A DNA stretch of 21,565 nt, taken from the NCBI GenBank assembly GCA_029259185.1, contig JAPDJF010000012.1, forward strand, positions 1 through 21,565, given 5' to 3'. Made by a program: the position numbers and the translations under genes. This document shows positions 7,272 through 15,663 of this stretch, in pieces (the first letter of the stretch is position 1; each line of letters starts with the position of its first letter). The notes under the pieces are model-generated. The model searched no databases. It saw only the letters and a list, made by a program, of their open reading frames with translations, and was not told where the DNA came from. This DNA is from Hadesarchaea archaeon (GTDB taxonomy: Archaea; Hadarchaeota; Hadarchaeia; Hadarchaeales; WYZ-LMO6).

Positions 7272-8729
7272 ATGGGTGGGAAATTCGGTTACGAGACGTT
7301 CCTCTCTCCTTTCACTTGGAGGTACGGGAGCGAAGAGATGCGGAGAATCTTCTCGGAAGTCGAGTACCGCGCTACTTGGAGGAGGATATGGGCAGCGTTG
7401 GCGGAAGCACAGGCGGAGTGTGGCTTGATTTCGAGGAAGGAGCTGGCAGAGATCAAATCAAAAGCAGACAGGGAGCATGTGGACATCGAGCTCGCCCATC
7501 GACTCGAGCGAGAGATCAAGCACGATTTGATGGCGGAGTTGAAGGTCTTTGCGAGACAATGCCCAAAAGGAGGGGGCAAGCTCCACCTAGGCGCGACTTC
7601 AGCCGACATAGAAGATAACGCGGACGTTCTCCGAATGCGGGAGGCACTTGATTTGGTTCTCACGAGGCTCGTGAATTGTTTACACTCTCTTTCCAAACGC
7701 ATCGAAGAGTACAAATCCTTCCCATGTATGGGTTGGACCCATCTCCAGCCAGCGGAACCGACGACTCTTGGCTACAGGTTTGCGTTTTATGCGCAGGATC
7801 TCCTCATGGACATTAAGAACGTAGAAGATCTCGCAACGGCTTTTCTGAGGGGAAAAGGGATAAAAGGGGTGGTGGGGGTGTCGGCGGGTTTTAAAGAATT
7901 GTTAAAAGGAAAAAGAATGAAGCCCAAAGATTTGGAGTCTAGGGTGATGAGCAAACTCGGTCTGAGAGCGTTCACCATTTCAACTCAGACGTACCCGAGA
8001 AAACTAGACTTCCTCGTGCTCTCGGTTCTAGCCGGTATAGGTCAAAGCGTCCACAAATTTGGGGTGGATGTGAGGCACCTCCAGTCACCGGTGTGGGGTG
8101 AGTTCTCCGAGCCGATAGGCAAGGCTCAAGTGGGCTCTTCGGCAATGCCCTTCAAACGGAATCCCGTGTTGGCGGAGCGCATGTGCTCGCTTGCAAGATA
8201 CGTGGCTTCCTTACCTAGGATCGCGTGGGAGAACGCGGCCCACACGGTGTTCGAACGTACCCTCGACGATTCCGCGAACCGAAGGATAGCGATAGCGGAG
8301 GCATTCTTGACGATCGATGAATGTCTCATCATATATGATCAGATCATAAGAGGGATGACGGTCAACCGAGAAATGGTAAAACGAAACTTGGATCGCTTCT
8401 CACCTTTTGCGGCCAACGAGCCTATCTTGATGAGACTTACGGAGAAAGGGTATAATAGGCAGGAAATACACGAGAGGCTCAGGAAGCTCTCTTTTGAAGC
8501 TTGGCGTGAGGTCATGAGAGGGAAGGAGAACCCACTCCCCTCTCTTTTGAGGAAAGACGAGCTGATCTCTTCGGTGCTCAAGGAGTCTGAACTCGAAAGA
8601 ATATTAGATGTGAGGGGATATGTGGGAGATGCGGTCGAGCGGTGTAAGAAATTCTTGAGATCAGAGATCAAACCGGTTCTCTCCAGATATGCGGAGAGGG
8701 TGGGCAAGCGGAGGAAAACTTCTTTCTAG
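7272..8729 (+). CDS. purB: Adenylosuccinate lyase
   Basis: KHD, HLGATS, THLQPAEPTT, signature GSSAMPFKRNP, FERTLDDSA. Start ATG 7272 preferred; 7251/7254 are alternatives. Confidence 0.96.
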   Translation: MGGKFGYETFLSPFTWRYGSEEMRRIFSEVEYRATWRRIWAALAEAQAECGLISRKELAEIKSKADREHVDIELAHRLEREIKHDLMAELKVFARQCPKGGGKLHLGATSADIEDNADVLRMREALDLVLTRLVNCLHSLSKRIEEYKSFPCMGWTHLQPAEPTTLGYRFAFYAQDLLMDIKNVEDLATAFLRGKGIKGVVGVSAGFKELLKGKRMKPKDLESRVMSKLGLRAFTISTQTYPRKLDFLVLSVLAGIGQSVHKFGVDVRHLQSPVWGEFSEPIGKAQVGSSAMPFKRNPVLAERMCSLARYVASLPRIAWENAAHTVFERTLDDSANRRIAIAEAFLTIDECLIIYDQIIRGMTVNREMVKRNLDRFSPFAANEPILMRLTEKGYNRQEIHERLRKLSFEAWREVMRGKENPLPSLLRKDELISSVLKESELERILDVRGYVGDAVERCKKFLRSEIKPVLSRYAERVGKRRKTSF

Positions 8730-9602
8730 GTGGTTAGATTGGTGGTGATCATGGATGGTAAATCGTTGGCGAAAAGTGTCAGGGAGAGACTTTCCCACAG
8801 AGTAAAGGGGTTGAGGGCTAAAGGCGTGATCCCGACTCTAGCTACCCTGTTCGTAGGTGGTGTATCTTCTTCGAGGATCTATATCGAAGGAAAAAGAAGG
8901 GATTGTGCTGAGGTGGGTATAGAGTTCAAGCTATTCGAGTTTCCCTCCACGGTTGAGGAAGACAAGATCCTAAAGCTAATAGAAGAACTTAACGGGGATG
9001 ATGGGATCCACGGCATCATCGTGCAGCTTCCCGTTCCCCCACATCTCAATCCAAGGAAGCTCATCGAGCGAATAAATCCAGCCAAGGATGTGGATGGTCT
9101 TCACTCCCACAATGTAGGTAAGCTCTGGACGGGAGGTTACAGCTTGGAGAGGAGTCTTCTCCCCTGCACACCTAAAGGGATAATGTATCTGCTAGACAGG
9201 TATAAGGTAAGATTAGAAGGTAGGTTAGCCGTGATAATCAATCGTAGCGACTTGGTCGGAAAACCGCTTGCGAAGCTCTTCTTGGATCGGAACGCCACAG
9301 TGGTTCTCTGCCATTCGAAGACGTATTCCTTACCGAAGAGAACGAGAGAGGCAGACGTGGTGGTCTCAGCGGTCGGGAGACGACCAGAGTTTGTGTTAAC
9401 CGAAGGGATGGTTAGGAGGGGTGCTGTGGTCATAGATGTGGGGATGAATTACCTCAACGGGAAACTCGTGGGAGATGTGGATTTCGAGGGGGTGAAACAT
9501 AAAGTGGCCTACATAACCCCCGTGCCCGGAGGGGTCGGTCCGATGACGAGGGCGATGCTTCTTCAGAACACCGTGATAGCGGCGGAGAGGTCGCTCAGGT
9601 GA
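8730..9602 (+). CDS. folD: Methylene-THF dehydrogenase / methenyl-THF cyclohydrolase
   Basis: YxxxK (YIEGK), GIIVQLP, KDVDG, PCTPKG, NRSDLVGKP, VIDVG, GDVDF, TPVPGGVGPMT. True start may be TTG 8739 (AGGTGG SD). Confidence 0.96.
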   Translation: MVRLVVIMDGKSLAKSVRERLSHRVKGLRAKGVIPTLATLFVGGVSSSRIYIEGKRRDCAEVGIEFKLFEFPSTVEEDKILKLIEELNGDDGIHGIIVQLPVPPHLNPRKLIERINPAKDVDGLHSHNVGKLWTGGYSLERSLLPCTPKGIMYLLDRYKVRLEGRLAVIINRSDLVGKPLAKLFLDRNATVVLCHSKTYSLPKRTREADVVVSAVGRRPEFVLTEGMVRRGAVVIDVGMNYLNGKLVGDVDFEGVKHKVAYITPVPGGVGPMTRAMLLQNTVIAAERSLR

Positions 9603-10756
9603 GAGGCTCTGAATACGGAGAACTTGGGGTGGACGTTCGGAAGCGTGGGATAGAGGTTTTTGAGAGGATCTTGGATACGGTGTCTCCCCACACTTTTTGT
9701 CCAGTTGTGGGGGATCCAACACTTAGGGGGAGTGGGGTAGCGCTTCATTCGGATGGAGCCGGGAGCAAACCGCTGCAGGCATATCTCCACTGGAAGGAAA
9801 CGGGAGACTTTAGATGGTTCGAAGGGTTGGCGCGGGATGTGATAGCCATGAATCTAGACGATTTGGTTTGTCTCGGTCCATTGGAGCCTTTGGGTTTCGT
9901 GGATTACATTGCTTTGAATTCGGGAAGGATCCCAAAGACGAAGCTCCTCTCATCACTGGCATTCGGGTTTCGGAAGTGTTTGAACTGGCTGAGGCGTGGA
10001 GGTTTGAACGTACCCTTTCTCGGTGGGGAGACCGCGGATCTTCCAGATCAAATCCGTATTCTCGATATCTCTGGTGCTATGGGTGGGAGGGTAAAGCTCT
10101 CCAAGCTCGTGAGGGGGGAAAAGATAGGTCCTGAAGATGTCATAATCGGGTTACGGAGTGGTGGAAGGGCTAGGTATGAGAGGGGGGAGAATAGTGGGGT
10201 GATGTGCAATGGAATAACCCTAGCGAGGTATGTATTGATGAGGGGGGAGTACACTCGGAAGTATCCGGAGCTGGTGGACGTGGGGAAGAGATATCGTGGT
10301 AGGTTTTTCTTCGATGAGTATTCGGATGAACTCGGCATGACGGTCGGTGAAGCGATCCTTTCTCCAACGAGGATTTTCGCCCCAGTGGTACTGGAAATGA
10401 TTGAGGAACTAGAGGATGGGGTGAAGGGTTTGATCCATAACACGGGTGGAGGACTGACGAAGTGCCTGCGAGTGGGGAAAAATGTTCTCTATGAAAAAAA
10501 TGACCTTCCAGATCCAGATCCCATTTTTACGTTGATTCAGCGAGAGGGAAGGATAGAGTGGAGAGAGATGTTTGAGGTCTTTAACATGGGAGTGGGATTC
10601 GAAGTTATAGTCGAGAGGGATGTGGCTGAGGAGGCTCTCAGCATCTCAGATAGATTCGGATTGGAGGGAAGAGTCATAGGAAGGTGTGAAAAGAATAAAG
10701 GTGGAAATAAGGTGATTATAAGGAGCAAGCTCGGAGATTTCGAATGGGTAAGGTAA
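9599..10756 (+). CDS. purM: AIR synthase (phosphoribosylformylglycinamidine cyclo-ligase)
   Basis: Y...GVD, DGAGSK, IAMNLDDL, GGETA, HNTGGG, EMFEVFNMGVGF; GTGA overlap with the folD stop. Confidence 0.92.
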   Translation: MRGSEYGELGVDVRKRGIEVFERILDTVSPHTFCPVVGDPTLRGSGVALHSDGAGSKPLQAYLHWKETGDFRWFEGLARDVIAMNLDDLVCLGPLEPLGFVDYIALNSGRIPKTKLLSSLAFGFRKCLNWLRRGGLNVPFLGGETADLPDQIRILDISGAMGGRVKLSKLVRGEKIGPEDVIIGLRSGGRARYERGENSGVMCNGITLARYVLMRGEYTRKYPELVDVGKRYRGRFFFDEYSDELGMTVGEAILSPTRIFAPVVLEMIEELEDGVKGLIHNTGGGLTKCLRVGKNVLYEKNDLPDPDPIFTLIQREGRIEWREMFEVFNMGVGFEVIVERDVAEEALSISDRFGLEGRVIGRCEKNKGGNKVIIRSKLGDFEWVR

Positions 10757-11007
10757 AAAAGTACAGAGCAAAGGTTGAAGTCAGGTTGAAGTCCGGCTAT
10801 CTTGATCCCGAGGGGGAGAGCGCTAAGAAAGCGCTCATAGACTTGAAGTATCCAGTCGGACGTGTCAGTACAGCCAAGGTGTACGAAATAGAGTTCGCTG
10901 CATCGGGCTTGAGGAAAGCATGGATGGTGGTGGAGGAGATGTGCAAGAAATTGCTGGCAAATCCTGTCAAAGATGACTATAGCTTTGAAGTGGAGGAAAT
11001 CCGCTAG
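10744..11007 (+). CDS. purS: FGAM synthase subunit PurS
   Basis: 87 aa; LKSGYLDPEG and MCKKLLANPV motifs. Confidence 0.95.
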   Translation: MGKVKKYRAKVEVRLKSGYLDPEGESAKKALIDLKYPVGRVSTAKVYEIEFAASGLRKAWMVVEEMCKKLLANPVKDDYSFEVEEIR

Positions 11008-11114
11008 CTTTCTAGGTACGGGCTTTTGGGGCTGAGTTGTTTTTTCTCTGAGTCTCGTCCTAGGTCACGGATGTCAAGGGGTAAATATGACGATATCCTA
11101 AAGTTGCGGATAAG

Positions 11115-13475
11115 ATGAGAAGCGTTTATGAACGCAAACCCCTGCCGTTTGAACTCTTCGAAGTGAACCTCCTTGAAGCTAGCGAGGAGCAGCTCATGCG
11201 GATAAGTGAAGAAATGGGGCTTGCGCTGAGCCTCAAGGAGATGAAGTGGTGTAAACGATATTTCTCCGAGAAGGGAAGAAATCCAACCGACGTTGAGCTT
11301 CAGACCATAGGTCAAACTTGGTCTGAGCATTGTTTCCATAAAACGTTCAAGGGAATCACTCTCATGGACGGGAGAAGAATCAGATTGTTCAGAGATTATA
11401 TAGCTCGCGTGACGGAGGAGCTTTCCCCCAATTGGTGTATTTCGGTGTTCAAGGACAACGCGGGTATCGTGGAGTTCGAAAATGGATACGCGATAGCGGT
11501 CAAGGTCGAGACCCATAACCATCCATCAGCTATAGAACCTTTCGGAGGGGCGGCGACTGGGGTGGGAGGGGTCATAAGGGATATCTTAGGTGTGTGGGCG
11601 AAACCAATAGCGAACTTAGACGTGCTCGGGTTTGGTCCCTTGAACTTCCCGTATGAGGATCTCCCCCCTGGTATCAAACACCCCAAATACATCTTCAGGG
11701 GCGTGGTGGCGGGTATAGGGGCATACGGGAACAACATGGGGATACCCACCGTGGCGGGCGCGATACACTTCGACGAAAGTTATGTGGGGAATCCAGTGGT
11801 CTATTGCGGATGCGTTGGTCTCCTCCCAGTGAGTTCCTATGTTAAAAGCACGAGACCGGGGGATCTAGCGGTACTCGTCGGAGGAAGGACGGGGAGGGAC
11901 GGTATCCATGGAGTAACGTTCGCCTCCTTAGAGCTTGGGGAGGAGTCGGAGGAGGTCTCTAGGCCAGCTGTCCAAATCCCAGATCCCATCGAGGAGGAAA
12001 AGCTCAGGAGAGCGATTCTGAGGGTGAGAGACAAGAAACTGGCTTCGGGGATAACCGATCTGGGAGGAGGGGGAATTTCGTGTGCTTGTGGGGAAATGGC
12101 TAGAGAGGCAAATTGTGGGATAGAGGTCGAGCTCGATAGGGTTCCATTGAAGTATTCGGATATGAGACCGTGGGAGATATGGATATCCGAGTCTCAGGAG
12201 AGGATGTTCCTCAGCGTTCCCGAGTCCAACGTGGGTGAGGTAATCGACATTTTCGAGGAAGAAGACGTAGAGGCGACTCCTATAGGTAAATTCGTAGAAG
12301 GCGGGGCTTTGAAGGTTTTCTTCCGATCTTGGAAAGTGGGGGAGCTTGATTTAAAATTTCTTTTTTCCCCCCCCGTGGTGAGGAGAAAGGCCAAATGGCA
12401 ACTTCCAGCCCTGAGGGAACCCAGATTTAAAGAGCGAGATGTGGAAAAAACCCTCTTGGAACTTCTAGCCTCACCTAACGTGGCGAGCAAGGAGGAGATC
12501 ATCAGGACTTATGATCACGAAGTGCAAGGCAACACGGTCTTAAAGCCGTTGCACGGGAGGTACGGGGGTCCGAGCGACGCGGCGGTCATCAGACCTCTGT
12601 CGAATTCTTGGAAAGGTGTGGTCATATCGTGTGGGTTGAAGCCGAGGTATGGAAAGATTGATCCCTATTGGATGGCGGCCTCGAGTATCGAGGAGGCTAT
12701 CAGGAATAACGTGGCTGTGGGGGGGAGGCGGATTGCACTGTTGGACAATTTCGTGTGGGGAAATCCGGAAAGGGAAGAGCAGTTGGGGTCACTGGTGAGG
12801 GCCTGTAGAGCTTGTTATGATTTTGCTAAGATCTTCGAAACCCCATTCATCTCCGGTAAAGACAGCCTTTACAATGAGTCCCCTCTGGGACCGGTCACGC
12901 CCACCCTGCTGATAACAGCTGTGGGTGTGGTACCAGACGTTCGAAAAATAGTCTCGGTGGAATTCAAGCGGGCGGGCGACCCTGTTTACGTGCTAGGTAG
13001 AACTTATCCAGAACTCGGGGGTTCAGAGTACTATTCCTTGCTGGGCTTAGTAGGGAGAAGTGTACCCAGAGTCCATCCCTCCAAAGCTAAGGCTTCCATG
13101 GACTCCCTCATGAGGGCCATCGAGTATGGGATCGTAAAAGCGTGCCACGATGTTTCGGATGGGGGATTGGGGGTGGCCCTCGCAGAGATGGTACTCAGTG
13201 GAGATCTGGGGGTAGATGTTGATTTGCGTGAGGTCCCGACTTCTGGGATCGGGGGAAGGAGGGATTTCATAATGTTCTCTGAATCCAACAGCCGGTTCGT
13301 GGTGGAGGTAAGACCCGGATCAGAAGAAGAATTCGAGAGCATCGTTAAGGCGGACTATGCACTCGTGGGTGCAGTTACCCGGAGGAGAGCGCTTGTGATC
13401 AGAGAGAAGGAGAAGATACTCGTGGACCTGTCGTCCGGAAAGATGCGGGAGGCATGGAAGATCCGATATGGTTAA
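11115..13475 (+). CDS. purL: FGAM synthase subunit PurL (small type)
   Basis: 786 aa; WSEHC, ETHNHPSAIEPFGGAATGVGG, TGRDGIHG, DLGGGG, SESQERM, ISGKDS, HDVSDGG. Confidence 0.97.
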   Translation: MRSVYERKPLPFELFEVNLLEASEEQLMRISEEMGLALSLKEMKWCKRYFSEKGRNPTDVELQTIGQTWSEHCFHKTFKGITLMDGRRIRLFRDYIARVTEELSPNWCISVFKDNAGIVEFENGYAIAVKVETHNHPSAIEPFGGAATGVGGVIRDILGVWAKPIANLDVLGFGPLNFPYEDLPPGIKHPKYIFRGVVAGIGAYGNNMGIPTVAGAIHFDESYVGNPVVYCGCVGLLPVSSYVKSTRPGDLAVLVGGRTGRDGIHGVTFASLELGEESEEVSRPAVQIPDPIEEEKLRRAILRVRDKKLASGITDLGGGGISCACGEMAREANCGIEVELDRVPLKYSDMRPWEIWISESQERMFLSVPESNVGEVIDIFEEEDVEATPIGKFVEGGALKVFFRSWKVGELDLKFLFSPPVVRRKAKWQLPALREPRFKERDVEKTLLELLASPNVASKEEIIRTYDHEVQGNTVLKPLHGRYGGPSDAAVIRPLSNSWKGVVISCGLKPRYGKIDPYWMAASSIEEAIRNNVAVGGRRIALLDNFVWGNPEREEQLGSLVRACRACYDFAKIFETPFISGKDSLYNESPLGPVTPTLLITAVGVVPDVRKIVSVEFKRAGDPVYVLGRTYPELGGSEYYSLLGLVGRSVPRVHPSKAKASMDSLMRAIEYGIVKACHDVSDGGLGVALAEMVLSGDLGVDVDLREVPTSGIGGRRDFIMFSESNSRFVVEVRPGSEEEFESIVKADYALVGAVTRRRALVIREKEKILVDLSSGKMREAWKIRYG

Positions 13476-14271
13476 GATTTGCGTGATTAGGGTTGGGGGA
13501 ACGAATTGCGATGAGGAAACCAAGCGAGCACTAGATGAACTTGGTGCCGTATGTGAGGTGATTCATTTCAAAAAAATCGTGAAAGGGAAAAAGAAACTGT
13601 CGAGCTACGATGCTTTGATCATTCCGGGGGGGTTCTCATTTGGGGATCATGTGAGAGCGGGAGCGATTTTGGGAAAGGAAATGAAGTACGTTCTTTCCAA
13701 GGAGCTCAAGAGGTTCGTTGAGGAAGGTAGACCCATTTTGGGTATATGCAACGGTTTTCAAGTGCTCGTGGAGGCAGATCTTCTCCCCGGCTTTGGAGGT
13801 GGGATACCCCAAGCGGCCCTAGCGATAAATGATTCGGCAAGGTTTGAGTGCAGATGGGTGTACCTCCGGGTGGAGAGTGGGGGCAAATGCATCTTCACGA
13901 GAGGGTTGAAAAAAGGAGAGGTGGTCAGCATGCCGGTGGCACATGCCGAGGGAAAGTTTGTTTTTCCAAAAGGGAAGGAGGAGGAATATTTGAAGAAGCT
14001 CGTGGGGGGTGACCAGCTCGTGTTCAGGTATTGTAACGACCGGGGAGAACCCGCGAGAAGGAAATACCCTGAGAATCCTAACGGATCGTTCTACGACATA
14101 GCGGGGATATGTGACCCCACTGGAATGATTTTTGGCATGATGCCCCATCCAGAAAGAGCAGCTTTTGGTATCCAGCTCCACAATTGGACAGAGATGGAGG
14201 ATATCCCAGAGTACGGAGATGGAATGTCTATCTTTCGATCCCTTATGGAGTACTTGGGTTGCGGGGGATAG
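13468..14271 (+). CDS. purQ: FGAM synthase glutaminase subunit PurQ
   Basis: GTNCD, PGGFSFGD, GICNGFQ (catalytic Cys), AHAEG, NPNGS, MMPHPER. Confidence 0.97.
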   Translation: MVKICVIRVGGTNCDEETKRALDELGAVCEVIHFKKIVKGKKKLSSYDALIIPGGFSFGDHVRAGAILGKEMKYVLSKELKRFVEEGRPILGICNGFQVLVEADLLPGFGGGIPQAALAINDSARFECRWVYLRVESGGKCIFTRGLKKGEVVSMPVAHAEGKFVFPKGKEEEYLKKLVGGDQLVFRYCNDRGEPARRKYPENPNGSFYDIAGICDPTGMIFGMMPHPERAAFGIQLHNWTEMEDIPEYGDGMSIFRSLMEYLGCGG

Positions 14272-14318
14272 TACCTGTTTTTTATTGGATGACGTCAAGA
14301 GATTCGGGGGGTATCGAA

Positions 14319-14813
14319 TTGGGGAGGGTCGTGTTAATATACGGGTCCAAGAGTGACCTACCCCATGCAGAGCGGGCGAGACGCCTCTTCAGGAAGTTGC
14401 GGGTGAAGTTCGAGCAGAGGATAGCCTCGGCGCATAAAACACCAGGGAAACTTTTAGAGATGCTTGACGAGTATGAGAAGAGTGGTGAGCAAATAGTTTA
14501 CCTCACGATCGCCGGAAGGTCGAACGCCTTATCGGGACTCGTTGACGCTCAGGTTAGCCGTCCGGTGATCGCTTGCCCCTCGGGGGTGGAGGACTTCCCT
14601 CTCGACGTTTACTCGTCCTTACGTATGCCCAGCGGAGTGGCTTCGATGGTGGTACTTGACCCTGAAGCCGCGGCTTTAGCGGCCGCTAAGGTGCTGGCTA
14701 TGGAGGACAGAAAGTTGATGGAGCGGATAGCAGCATTCCAGAGGGTAATAAAAGAGAAGATCCACTCGGATGATAGAACCCTCAGGAGAGGTCTTGAACG
14801 GAAGAGCCGCTGA
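14319..14813 (+). CDS. purE: AIR carboxylase PurE with class II signatures
   Basis: GSKSD, SAHKTP, AGRSNALSG, SSLRMPSG. Start reassigned to TTG 14319 (GGGGGT SD); the ORF-track start at 14184 lies inside purQ. Confidence 0.93.
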   Translation: MGRVVLIYGSKSDLPHAERARRLFRKLRVKFEQRIASAHKTPGKLLEMLDEYEKSGEQIVYLTIAGRSNALSGLVDAQVSRPVIACPSGVEDFPLDVYSSLRMPSGVASMVVLDPEAAALAAAKVLAMEDRKLMERIAAFQRVIKEKIHSDDRTLRRGLERKSR

Positions 14814-15634
14814 TCGAGTCGGCCCTACCCCTAAAGCTTTTCAAGAAGGGCAAAGTCCGTGACATATACGAGCTTGAGAATTCACTGGTAGTCGTCTCGA
14901 CGGATAGGATCTCAGCTTTTGATATAGTTTTGCCGAACGGAATACCTCACAAAGGGGAAGCTCTGAACAGGATATCCGTTTTCTGGTTTGAGAAGTTCAA
15001 GGACATCCCCAATCACTTCCTCGATGTGGTAGACCAGCGGACGATGATTGTGCGGAGGGCGACTCCTCTTCCCGTGGAGTTCATAGTCAGAGGTTATCTC
15101 TACGGTTCGGCGTGGGAAAAATATGTGCTGGGTGAGCCCCTCTCAGGCATCAGGCTCCCAAAAGGGTTGAAAAAAGCCTCTGAACTCCCGGAGCCTATTC
15201 TCACCCCAACCACGAAGGCCGAAAGTGGTCATGACGTGGAGATGCGTTGGGAAGAGGTAGTTGCTCGCTTGGGTGGGGACACGGCGGAGAGGATAAAGGA
15301 GACCTCTTTGAGGATCTATGAACGTGCTCTGAAGGTGGCCAAACGAAGGGGGATAATCATAGCGGACACGAAATTCGAGTTCGGTTTTGCAGGGGATGAG
15401 CTCCTCCTCATCGATGAGATTTTGACTCCGGACTCATCGAGATTCTGGCCGCAAGAGGAATACGGAGAGGGGAAGGATCAGCTGAGTTTTGACAAGCAGT
15501 ACGTGAGAGATTACCTCACCCGAGTTGGATGGGATCGCAGACCCCCTGCTCCCTCCCTTCCTCCAGAAGTCATCTCCCAAACGTCTAAGCGCTATATTGA
15601 ATGCTATGAACGATTGACTGGGAAGAAGTTTTAA
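14810..15634 (+). CDS. purC: SAICAR synthase; start codon non-canonical or uncertain
   Basis: Conserved GKVRDIY and TDRISAFD are in frame upstream of the ORF-track start (14930); also VRGYLYGS, TPTTKA, GHD, ADTKFEFG, DEILTPDSSRFW, DKQYVRD. Frame opens after TGA 14795-14797; the candidate starts are ACG 14798 or CTG 14810. Confidence 0.93.
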   Translation: MIESALPLKLFKKGKVRDIYELENSLVVVSTDRISAFDIVLPNGIPHKGEALNRISVFWFEKFKDIPNHFLDVVDQRTMIVRRATPLPVEFIVRGYLYGSAWEKYVLGEPLSGIRLPKGLKKASELPEPILTPTTKAESGHDVEMRWEEVVARLGGDTAERIKETSLRIYERALKVAKRRGIIIADTKFEFGFAGDELLLIDEILTPDSSRFWPQEEYGEGKDQLSFDKQYVRDYLTRVGWDRRPPAPSLPPEVISQTSKRYIECYERLTGKKF

Positions 15635-15663
15635 GCTGGCTCCCATAAAGGCTTGGGGTGGGG

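Noticed and set aside
10744-10758. PurS and PurH both begin MGKVK
   Set aside because: Codons differ and the match is only five residues; likely coincidence.
14184-14318. 45-aa N-terminal extension of PurE (and 29-aa extension of HydG at 18191-18277)
   Set aside because: Both overlap the upstream gene; better starts exist at 14319 (SD) and 18278 (TGATG coupling).
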